A DNA stretch of 64,000 nt from Candidatus Magasanikiibacteriota bacterium (lineage in GTDB: Bacteria; Patescibacteriota; Patescibacteriia; Magasanikbacterales; UBA922), in the NCBI GenBank assembly GCA_041665025.1, contig JBAYJP010000006.1:5440-69439 (forward strand), in the 5' to 3' direction. Position numbers and translations under genes: made by a program. The notes beneath the pieces were generated by a model. It was given only the letters and a program-made list of their open reading frames with translations. It was not told the DNA's origin and did no database searches. Positions 38,770 to 50,300 of the stretch are shown here, piece by piece (within the stretch, counting starts at the first letter, position 1; every line of letters begins with the position of its first letter).

Positions 38770-39348
38770 TTATCTAAAAGTCATGTTATTAAAAATTTCC
38801 ATAGGGTTTCCAAATATGGAATCAACGAATACAACTTTATTCTCATACTTATAAATCAAAATTTTTTCATTATCTGCATATGAGGGAACATTAATTATAT
38901 ACACTTCTTTGTCTCCTATTAATTTTTTCTCATAAGAATAATCGTCACCGTATTCTTGTTGACTAATCCATGACAATACCCAATCTTCTAAAGAAGAATT
39001 TTTTAAATCTAACAAACTGATATTGTAAGATTCCCTATAATCTAATTCGTTATTATCCGAAATAGCTTGATTAGTTACTACTAACAAGCCATTTTTATAT
39101 TCGATTGATTTAAAATCTGATTCTAATCTGACAGAATAATTATCGATGTTATTGACCAATTTTTTATTACCATCTTCTTCAATAATGCTCACCCCCTCTG
39201 GCAACGATACTTCTTGCCCACCATTCGTTTCTTGGTCCTTATCAACTACAGAATTATTTTGTCTTACAAAAAATAAATAACCCCCGACACCGAGGGCTAC
39301 AACCAAAATAATTGCCCCCCACAACATAAAATATGTTTTGTTTCGCAT
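38770..39348 (-). CDS. Membrane-anchored hypothetical protein
   Basis: Single N-terminal TM; AT-rich; ends 5 bp upstream of the M23 gene. Confidence 0.7.
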   Translation of the reverse strand: MRNKTYFMLWGAIILVVALGVGGYLFFVRQNNSVVDKDQETNGGQEVSLPEGVSIIEEDGNKKLVNNIDNYSVRLESDFKSIEYKNGLLVVTNQAISDNNELDYRESYNISLLDLKNSSLEDWVLSWISQQEYGDDYSYEKKLIGDKEVYIINVPSYADNEKILIYKYENKVVFVDSIFGNPMEIFNNMTFR

Positions 39349-39427
39349 AGAAAAAATTAATGTATATTAATAATATAAAAATTATACTACACAGCGTGGC
39401 TAAAGACAATATGTGTATGTTGTATGT

Positions 39428-40123
39428 TTATAAACGTGGACGATTGTTCCGATCACGATTCCACATGGGTGGATTATATATAATATAACGTTGTATATTA
39501 TGAAACGCCGTTTCATTTCGGATAATATTATCATAAAACGACCGTTGCCATTTGAATTGTGGAAAACCAATTTCGTGGATACGTTTCGACGTGGTCGTTT
39601 TCAATGCGCCGATAATATTTGATAATGATAATATGTTGTATGAACCCGGTGCATGTAGGGACAGGTCTAGACCTGTCCCTACACCACGTTCCATGTCAAT
39701 CATCATATTGAGGTCATTGCCGCGACCTGCCCCTACGGACCCCGCATTATCCAAATCCATTGCAATACCACCGGCATGACCCACCCCTACACCATCGGCA
39801 CAATCCATATCAATATCATTATTCAAATCCATTGTAATATTATTTCCATTGACGACCGTATCGTCACATATTTCCAATATCCCATGCACATGGTTCGGCA
39901 TAACCACAAACCCGTGTGATCGTATATACGAATATTGGTGCGACAACCATTCCCATTGGCGATATAGGACCGTGCCCACACGATTCACGCACATTACACC
40001 ATTATATACACCACCAAAAAATGAAATCCTACCCTCTACACAGATCGTAATAAAATAACACCTATTATTTTTATAATCAAAACCCCGTAAACGATTATTT
40101 TTTCTATTATTCCTCCTATACAT
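39428..40123 (-). mobile_element. REP-associated tyrosine transposase (RAYT, Y1 HUH family)
   Basis: RLRGFDY, YFITIC, VVMPNHVHGI (HUH), WQRSFYDNIIR, YIIYNP; internal GTAG-type palindrome. Confidence 0.88.
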
Positions 40124-40246
40124 ATACGCATAGTATACATGCAAAATTCTATGATTTAAATCTATCTAACTTAGACGAACTTAGATAACTTAGGTACTTA
40201 GCAAACTCAAGTTTATCCCCACTCTATCCCCAAAAGCGCTCTTGAC

Positions 40247-40275
40247 TTGACAAAAAGGCTAAAAAGTGGTCTAAT
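40247..40275 (+). promoter_or_regulatory. Sigma70 promoter of the structured leader/lipoprotein cassette
   Basis: TTGACA-17-(TGg)TCTAAT. Confidence 0.55.
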
Positions 40276-40281
40276 AGGTAT

Positions 40282-40748
40282 GTATTTAGGGAAAAATGTC
40301 TCATACCACATACCACACAACAACTCGCTTGTTACGCGGTATGTGTCATGTGACCACGAGGCGAAGCTTTTCGTGGCGCATACACTATGCATAGTGAGCC
40401 CAATACCACTCTGGTATAGGACAAACTTCCGTAAACAAAATGTTCTGTTCTTTCCATTTGTCACACTATTCCTCTGATCAAGGAGTAGTACGACAATACA
40501 ATTAAGTGCGCGAGGCAATTTATCACGTGTCCGCCCAAGGCGGATTTACGTGAGACAAACTCGTCCGTTTTAAAATTTAGAAACCACGTCGTCAACCAGC
40601 AAGAGTGCGATGTGGATATTGAGAAGTAAATTTACTCCTTAGTACCCACATCACATCTCTCGACCGCGAGAAGTTTTTCGGGGGCACTCGCTCCCGACTC
40701 GCGGTCAAGCCGCAAGCGCCGCGTTTCGCGGTAAGGAAAGGGGGACTC
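40282..40748 (+). ncRNA. Candidate long structured RNA / 5' leader
   Basis: About ten consecutive hairpins visible by eye; no convincing ORF. Confidence 0.45.
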
Positions 40749-41246
40749 ATGTCCCACCTGCGGCTCGCGCTGTTCGCCGCGATCGCGGCGCTGGCACTCG
40801 TCCTCTCGGGCTGCGTCGAGCCCGAGGACGAGACGAATGAGTCTCCCGACACGACGCAACAGCCGTCGGGAGATGTGCAGGCGCCCCTCTGCCAGAAGAA
40901 GGCGGACGGGACCTGCCGCGACGACGTCGCCCCCTCCCCGGGCGACGAGATCGTCGGTGACGACACCGACGGGGAGACGGACGAGGACGTCCTCCAGCCG
41001 AACGGCTGCGAGGCGGTGGAGTGGACCGAGATCACGATCGGCCACGACATCGCCCTCTGCCACGCCGAGAACGGCATGGGCAGCGAGGGCGAGTGCGAGT
41101 TCGCCATGTACGAGCAAGATGGGCAGTGCGTCACCGACTGCATGCCCAACTTCTCGGGGCGACCGACGAACGAGATGGAGGCGGTCCCTGGTGGATTCGC
41201 CTACAACCACCCGTTCCTCGGGCGGGTCATCTGCATCATGCAGTGA
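40749..41246 (+). CDS. GC-rich acidic Cys-containing lipoprotein
   Basis: SD-like AAGGAAAGGGGGA; signal peptide with lipobox LSG-C; about 65-73% GC in sampled lines, with strong GC3 bias. Confidence 0.75.
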   Translation: MSHLRLALFAAIAALALVLSGCVEPEDETNESPDTTQQPSGDVQAPLCQKKADGTCRDDVAPSPGDEIVGDDTDGETDEDVLQPNGCEAVEWTEITIGHDIALCHAENGMGSEGECEFAMYEQDGQCVTDCMPNFSGRPTNEMEAVPGGFAYNHPFLGRVICIMQ

Positions 41247-41333
41247 CCCGACCACACCCGACTGAGCTCGTCCGTGGACTGGGATGCGTCGCGCACCGGT
41301 CCCTAGAGAATAACAAAATGGTATTATCTAGAG

Positions 41334-41365
41334 AAAAAAAATCTCCCAAATTGGGAGATTTTTTT
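41334..41365. terminator. Bidirectional terminator
   Basis: aaaaaaaatctccca-aat-tgggagattttttt. Confidence 0.8.
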
Positions 41366-41377
41366 GTTTTGGAATCT

Positions 41378-44300
41378 TTACGGAATGACAATAATTGCAC
41401 CTTTATATTTTGTAAAATGATAATCATGCATGGTTGAATCATCACATTGATGATCAGTAGTATCATTAAAAAATGCGGTCGGATTGCCATTACCATCTAC
41501 CCCATTACACCACCCCCAATTATCAAGCACCTGAACGCCGGGTTTGAAGATACAGATACCAGTCTCTTCGGTAATTTCACTGCGTTCCATGAGACGAGCG
41601 TATGCTTCGTCTGCGTATGAGAGATTATCACCAAAATATTTTCTCTTTATGGTGTCATTTCTCAAATCACCTACTTCAATATCTGTCGTGTTGCAATAAT
41701 AGGTATGCTCGAATTCAAAATAATTTTCCTGGCACGCACGCGGTGCATCTCCAAAGATTGGATCCTCAATGTTATCATCACAAAAGTAGCCATCCCCAAA
41801 TATCTGGACGCATTCCTCATCTTTTTTACATGTAATGGGAGGCTCGCCCTGAGCCCAGTTACGTTCACGTTCATCTCCTGTACATCTACCTACTGTTTTA
41901 TTACCGTCTGTATCATCACAATAAGGCTTGTGATTCCGATACATGCCCTTTACATCTTTGTTTTGCACGTCCGTGCCGTCGTCCCAATTCACCATCACTC
42001 TGCGTATAGGCATGCGATTATCATCCGCAAACGCAAAGAACCGAGCATTGACCGTAACACTTCCCTGCTGGATAAATGGATCGGGCGTACCTCTTCCGAA
42101 ATCGCTTTTATCTTCATCCCCGTCTTTCCCATCGTCATCATAATCTTTCATTGTATAATTTTTCATGTTAATCGTGATATTGTCTGCTTCTCCTGGAATA
42201 CAATCTTTGTCTCTCCTCGAACATAGGCTCGGGTTGATAGAGAAAATTTGTGGAGGTTTGGTATCGCCAATAAAATCTTGACCTCCTAAATTACTGCTAT
42301 AATCTTCTCCGACATATTCACCTCCTACATAGTCTCCAAGTGTGTCCACTACTGCATCATCTCCAAAAAGATGATTTTGCGACTTAATACTAAAATACTT
42401 CAAAAATAAATCATTCAAACTCAGGTAATACAGATTTGCGTCTTGATATGAAAAATTATCATCCTGTTCTTGTTCTTGCCTATCTACTGCGTGAGTATTT
42501 ATTCCTTTAAGCGTGGCATAACTACCTCCTGTGGTTTTTATTTCTTCACATATAGTTGGAACTCCTCCCAGACGATGGCTATCTGTTTCGTCGCAACTAT
42601 AAGGGAACCCATCGAATACGAGATTGGTGAATGTGTATGAAAGCCAATAAGGATTTCCAATCCCAAGCCATGGATCAAGAGGGCTCGTTCCGCGAAGTGA
42701 GAGAGAAGCATAAGGTTGGAGTTGAGTGGTTTTGAAAATCTGACTAAAAAACCCTGATGACGCTAGATATTCACCGTGTTCCCAGATGCGATCTGTCCAT
42801 GCCTTATTTGTAGTATCTCCAATGTCTCCGCTTTCGTCATATACCTTTACAAATTCATTACAGCTCTCATTCAACTCGACAATAACCGCAAATCGGATGC
42901 CGTGTCCTTCTCCATCATCATTTTCATATCCATTACACCAGCGAGATACATATCCAAGAAATTCACCATTTTTATTAAAGTCAAGGCCAATGGCAATCCA
43001 ACTACCTTCTTTTTTGCCGTCATTTTCATCCTGATGAAGATTAAATTTACATTCAGCCTGCAGAGGATCGGAGTCAGCATTACTGGGTAGACTTACTTCC
43101 TGGCCAGCTATTCCATTCACCAGATCTGTGTTAGGCAAAAACTCAGGCGTTTGCTTTTCAGTATTAGTCAATGGGTAGTATTCATGATATACACCCATAT
43201 ATCTATGCTCTATCTCATTGAGTGTTTGTAAAGCAGGATACCTTTTATACACTTCAAGTATCTTACCGGAAAACTCATATGGACTTGAATCATCATATCC
43301 CTGAAACGACACTAATCCATTTTCATTATCCTTATCCAAAAGATATGTGTACAAGCCTGCGTCCGCAGCACCATCGTCATTAAAAAAATCTATATACCCT
43401 CCATCACTATTACCTCTAATATAATGATATGTTAATGGAACTCTCTCATGAAAGGCAATTTTATCAGGTTCTCTTCCACCTGGGCCTGCAATTCCTCTCA
43501 AACCATTAAAATCAATTCTAAACGCATCTGTCAACAAAGGAACAGGTGCTCCGCCCTCGAGCTTACCTGGATAAGCAACAGGAACAAAATAAATGGCCTT
43601 TATATCTTTTTCTCTTATTTTTTCTTCAAGCGTCGAGCGATATATCTTTGGATAGCTATCGGAAAATGCTAATTTAGTCATCGAAGCTAGTGTCATCGAT
43701 TCTCCTAACACTCTGTCCACGGTTAAAAACGAAGTTTCAACCTTATAATCTATTCCATGCTCTAACTCCATGCCTATAAGAGTCCTGTCTCGAGATGTTT
43801 CATCGCTGTTTTCTATTCCATCGAGGTCACTCATGAAAAAATTCTTGGCATCTGTATCTGGGAGATCTCGAGCTTCTGCAGCCTTATCCCACAAACGCGG
43901 AGGATGCATAAATGTTCCCAGCTCGACAGTATCATACAGCTCAGCATATGTGCCCTCATTTTTTTCAAAAATAGAAGGAGCAAAAATCTCAGGTACGAGT
44001 AATGATGCATCATCTTTGGCCACTTGGCTCTCCAAACTTGTGATATAATCTACACTATTAAAAGCTAGATAGGGATATAATTCTCCTCCTCTTGGATTCA
44101 TGTCCATTCGCAGTACTGTCGCGTTTGTGCCTATTTTCCTCCACGCCCATATATTCATAAGTGCAATAGGAGTGTTTTCTTCATATGGTCCTCGCCATGC
44201 ATCCCTATTGAGATCATCAGCCCAACACATAATATATCTATACATCCCCGTATGACCACAACTTTCTCCGTCATCAAGATTGAGAGGACAAATGCCGCCT

Positions 44301-47300
44301 GCATTTGTTTTAACATTGGGACAATTTTCAGCTAGGCCAGCACTACCCCATGGCAAATTTTCTGAATCCATAAACCGGGTGTAATCTCTATTCATCACTA
44401 TCTGGTGGGCCGGGGGTGCATCTGGATTTGTCTTTAGAGTAAAATTTCCATCTGCAGGTCCTGTTCCTCCGGGCTCAAAACTATATGTACCACCAAAATC
44501 TACTTCTGAATACGCACCTCCGACATTATTACTCAAACTGCAATAATATTCGCCGCCATTGCTTTCACTATCGAGTGTGGGAAAATATCCGGCATCCTGG
44601 TAGGCATTGTAGTTGTCAACAGTAGAAGCAGATGATTGTATAGGAAACCAGGTAAGGCACGCATACTGTTCATCCATACGAACCATGCTCCCGGCTGGCC
44701 CAAGTGGTCGGCTCAGATCATATTCAAGACATAGCCCTTTAAGCCCAAAATATGATGCCTGTTGTTTGATCATACTACATGTTCCTGTGCTACCGCATTC
44801 ATCATTGGTCATACAAGGGAACCCATTTATTGCGCCATCTCCTACACAAACTCCCCCGGTACTTACATGTGCCGGCGTGTCTCGTACTGGCCAATAATCA
44901 ATAGTGCCGTCTTTATATTCTATTTTTCTATATTCACACGAACATTCTTCAACTATAGAGCCATCCTCTTTTACTACTCGTTGACATACATTCGCTTGCG
45001 AATATATTGGTTTTTTTGTCGAGTAATCCCAACGATAATACTGATTGTCCTCCCCTGACGTTTTTTTGTCTCTTTGTTCCGGCTGTTGAGTTAGCGCCAT
45101 TTGAGTAGAAAAAGGACTGCCTTGCTCCGGGTATGCTTTACATATGCCTGTTTCCAAATAAATAGTCATCTCTTCAACTGAATTAACCTCATCGGGAAAC
45201 ATTCCACCGAGTGGATATGTACACCGTTGTTTATAACATCTACCCCCATCATCAAAACCGCACGCATCGCCGTCTTCTTTTTTAAATTTGCTGTCGCTAT
45301 CCACCTCACTGCAGCCTACGTCTGGAAAATCTGCGTCCCCGTCGCCATCTTTATCTGCCATAAAAAATGAATCATTCATCAGATAGGTCAGGTAGACTTC
45401 GTTATCCAAGACAACAGACTTGTAATTTCCAATATTATACTTGTTGAATAAAGAATATCCCGAATATTCAAAACTACCCCAACCTACATTGCGAATGACA
45501 TATTCTTCCTCTGATAACAATGTGTTGTTAAGTGATATGTCTGCCCAACCATCATCGGCGCACGCCCCGTTGCTATTGAGTTTATTACATGTTCCGTAGT
45601 CTTGACATATCCGCTGAGGCACATTATTTTCATCATATACGGTCATCGATGTCCGGCACGCCAACCACTCACTACACTCACGATCACGTTCTACTTTGAG
45701 AAGTACATTGGTATCACGCGTTCCTGCGGTGGCAATAGGAACAAGCGCGTACTTTTTGCTCATACTATCTGCATACGTCAGTACGCTATTATATATCTTG
45801 TTTGGATTTTCAGTCATGTTGAAGAGCACGCATCCTTCTTTTTGGCTCGCTTTGCTATCGCATTCTCCGGTACGTTCAAACAAGCGATCATTATTTATCA
45901 CATAATAAGGTTCACCATCCATATTCCCCGACGTATCTGCTGGATCTATGAGCTCAGTACACCCACTGTATTCTGTTTCGCACATCCCCACATACCCTTG
46001 GTATCCAGGGGTGCCCTGGGACAAAAGTCCATATTCTCCGCTTCCCGAGAGCTGATTTGGATAGCACGCTGTGAGGCCTTTTTTGCATGTTTCGCCTGAA
46101 ACGGTACACTCATTGTCACTGCTACAATAGGTATTAGTACCTCCGCCTGCTTCAGTTTGGCACTGTCCAACGTTATCCATAAACCAGCCACTATATTGTA
46201 TACCACTTATTTCGACATTATCGCGATATGTGCATGATTTAGCACCAATAACAGCCGGATCTTTGAAATAAGTGAGATTATTTCCATTTCTATACTCAGA
46301 ACACCCGACCAAATCTTCACTGCATAATGTCTGGTCATAGTGATCCGGATTATTGAGGACCATAGTATCTGAAAAACTATACGCGGTGTTACTCTGCGCG
46401 TCTGGATTTGTCTGCTGTTGTAATCCTACTTTCTCGCATCCCACATGTTCATCGCTACATACAAATTCAGAACGATGAGTAAGGTAAATCGTATTGGAAT
46501 CAGCAGGAACAACAATAGTAGACGTCACTACATACAAATCGTCAGTATTACCCGTACAAAGACCTACCATGCCAGTTCTCTCTATACACCCACTGGGGAG
46601 ATACACCTTATTGTGAAATTCAGTTGCTCCTGGATCATCGCTATAACTGGGTACGACAACCGCAGTATCTATATAACAACTTGTTTCTCCTTTTCGTATC
46701 GTACAACTATATGTTTCAAAATTAGTAGCGTCAGAATATATTTTTGCCTCGCATTTCGATGCATCACCTGGATACGTAGGACTTGTCGTACCCCGTTTAC
46801 ATAATACATTGTACGCATTCATTTGCATGGCATCTTCACCTGATACAGTATTGTATGTATCTACCATCGCCTTACACCCAACTGCCTCGACACGGCACAA
46901 ACGGTCAAAACCAGACAAAGCAACAGGCTCATTATCTCGTGTCGTGTATGCACGACAGCCCAATGCTTCGCCAGGAAATGCGTCAAGCGGTGTAGAATCG
47001 CATAAAAGTGGCACATCATACCCTTCGCGTGTTTTCCATGAATTTTTTATCAGATAAAGATGGTCATCATTTTCCTGTCCAATACGAACAATGCGGACAT
47101 TATCAATAAAGTACGAGGCAGATTCATTGGTGTCCAAAAACAATGACGCCGTGCCACTCGCCATACCCGTAAACTGTACAGGGCCCAATGTATATTCCTG
47201 CCAATCATTGCCAATAGGCGCTTGTATCGAAGTATTGGTAAGCGGATCAAGCGTAAATGTTCCTTTTGTTGCTCCGTCTTGTCTAAACGAAATGTCCAAT

Positions 47301-50300
47301 GCCTGAGTCTGTCCGCGCGCCCAGAAACTCAACTCATACCATGCACCCGACTGCATACGCTCGGCATTAAATGTATATGAGGCGTCACCGGTAATGCGCA
47401 AAGAATGAAGGCCGACTTGCGTTGCCTCTGCTTCAATAGAAGTATTGCCTGGCCACCCTTCCTTTGCCCGTGTCAACGCATCTGTATCATCCCCATCCGG
47501 TTCAAAATTCATGGAATGAACTTCAATATTATTCCCCTGATTGCCAATATATGAACGGCATCCATTTGCTGTCGCAGGGCATGAATCTGCTTCGCTTTTT
47601 ATGGAATAATATACGCATGCGCCTTGCGCGGGATTACTCGGATCTGTTTGATATGTTCCGCCATTATAACAACGATTGCACACGCTATTCACACTATCCC
47701 ATGTACCACCTTTCTGCGCACATAACGTATTTTTTGCAACCCCTCCGACAGACCCTGATCCGGATAAATATTCATCCTCGTACAAATTTGAAATGCTTTT
47801 ACGCAATGGACGGCAGTCCAAAGACACTGACACGGTATCATTTTTCAAACGATAATATACGCCTCCGGAAGCATCATAATACGCGCGGCAGTCAGGACTT
47901 GTATTAGAAGCATATGGATTTTGCAAATGCAGATTATATTGTGCTGCATTACAAATTGCATAATTATTTTCCAAGGAAGTTTTACTATCATCGGCGTATG
48001 CCGGAGAGTTACTCGCAAACTCAGCAACCGCACCACTTGCCAGACCAAGTCCTGAAATATAAAGTGCCTGAGCCGCGTCAATTTTTGCAAGCGTGTGTTT
48101 TTGCAATATAAATCCCTGACTTGCAGAACCTTCCCACGTATAAAATACTTTTGCATTTTCACCTTCGGGTCGTTCACAATATTTCAAATTACTATAATAT
48201 TCTAGTGACTCGCCTCCGCCGGTGAGCGCATCAATATTGGTAAATTCATCACACCCTACATACTGAGCTGCGCACGTCTGACCGCCTGAAGGACCTGTAG
48301 GAATAAAATACATGGGAAATTGAGATTGTTCGAAATTGGATTCTTCTTGTTTAAACGTGTCATATCCAATACACTGCTCATTGCATAAATTTTCTGTGGT
48401 TGCAATGCCCGGAATTTCTATACCCCCTTGCGCCGGAGTATACCCTTTGCATCCCACTTCGTCTTGTACACACACTTGCGCAAAATTACTGCAACTTTCC
48501 GGTTTATCTTCAAATCCAACAAGATCCGCGCGAGTCTGCGGCCAATCTATGGCAGGCGTACCAATATTTTTATCATAACAACCCAGATACTCTGGAGCTT
48601 TTTTCAATCGAATTGATTCTCCATTCAAAGCATCTTTGAAAACACTACATCCTTCTGCGTTACCGGGACATGAAGCGTAGGAAGATAATTTGTCATTAAA
48701 ATAAAGCATTTGCTCTCTGCCAAGAAGTTTATCCTCGATATTTACTTGGCCACTATTCTTCCATGTACCATCTTCATTTTGTTCACTACTATATGCACGG
48801 CATCCTTTTGATTCCACACTGCATGCGCCATAGTCGAGGGTGCGTGAAAGATACGATGATACAGAGCCCGAGACTGAATTGACATATGTTTTGCATGTGT
48901 TGTAATACGCCGGACAACTGTCTCCCGGCATATGCCATACATTTTTTTCTTTTGTACAATATCCATACGAAATGCACTGGCCTTTGTCGTCTTCTTTGAG
49001 ACATGTTGAAAAATCTACGCACTCCTGCGTTCGCAGGGCTGTACCTTCTTGTTGCAATTGGGGACCCCACACGCGCGCTTCACAGCGAGCCTCAGGAGCT
49101 TTGATAATCCAATTGGGATCAATGAGGTGACAATATGGGAAAGCAGCACTTGGTCTTCCTGAGGGATCGCACTCGGTAAATCCGTCTACGACCTTCTTTA
49201 GTGTCACGGGGTTATCTGGATCAGATTTAAGTGCAGCAATTTCAAACCCAAGCGGTAAAATACGTGCTTTTCTAAGTTTTTGAATATTTGAATAACAATA
49301 TGCCTGACTATAGCAATAGGGCAAATTCGTATTATCTACATCACGACCTGGCGGTATGAGTAGCCAATTTTCATGAAGCTGTCCACTCTTCATTGCTTCA
49401 TCTATGGTAAGAGGATCCCCTGTTTGTGCCAAATTGACTGCTTCTACAAGCTTACCATCCATAACACAATTATTGAGTCCTGGCGCCGGCGTTTGCGGAC
49501 ATGCACTGAATTCAGTTACCAAATCATAGGTGTCGAGGCTGCGCTGAGGAACCGTTGCAATAAGATATGAAAAAGCTTTTTCTGCCGCCTGACGATTGTA
49601 ACTAATATTTGAAGCAAAAAAATCAGTAACTCCTGAGGATTCGCTATCACCACCTGAAGGAAATAATCCCCCATCCATTATATTTTGTAAAAGAGAAGAC
49701 ACGAGCGTATTAGCAAAGACTGACAGCGCCATGGGCAAAATCTGTAAAGATCCTGAACCATAGATACCTGCGATTTGACCGGCCGTCATGTCTCCTTGAT
49801 TTTTTGCAGTCACTGACTTTGTTTCTTCTTGGATTACTTGGGCTGGCGTTCGAATCTTACCTGAGATAATGTCAGCAACTGGTTTGAAGCCATTTCCCTC
49901 TTGACGCGCTTGAGTTGCGTCTATCTGCGATTGGGTCACCACACGATCCAACTTCCCCATCAGTCCAAGCGCCGCTCCAAAATCTGAGTCTGAAACACTT
50001 AGAGAGGCAGTGAAACGCTCGGAAATAGCGTCCTTACTTCCGTACATATCATCAACTTGCTCCCAATTACTCGTGAATTCAGACCAATTACAACGAGGAG
50101 CTGGACCGCCTTCGTTTCCATATTCTGAATCATATATTCTCTGCAATCCAACCTGTAGCCCCACTTGCACCCGAAGATCCGGTGGTTTACACAAATCAAG
50201 TCCGAGAGGCTCCCCAAACTGCTGAATGGCTCCCGCAGCACTATCCAATGCAGTATTTCCAAGATATGAACCAAAACCATCTTGAAATGCGAGTGCGCTT

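Noticed and set aside
40247-40477. 76-aa ORF in the structured leader
   Set aside because: It starts at the -35 box (TTG), has no recognisable motif, and hairpins explain the region better.
40592-41496. Overlapping alternative ORFs (185, 207, 142, 138 aa) in the GC-rich island
   Set aside because: These are shadow frames expected at high GC. Only 40749-41246 has an SD, a signal peptide and GC3 bias.
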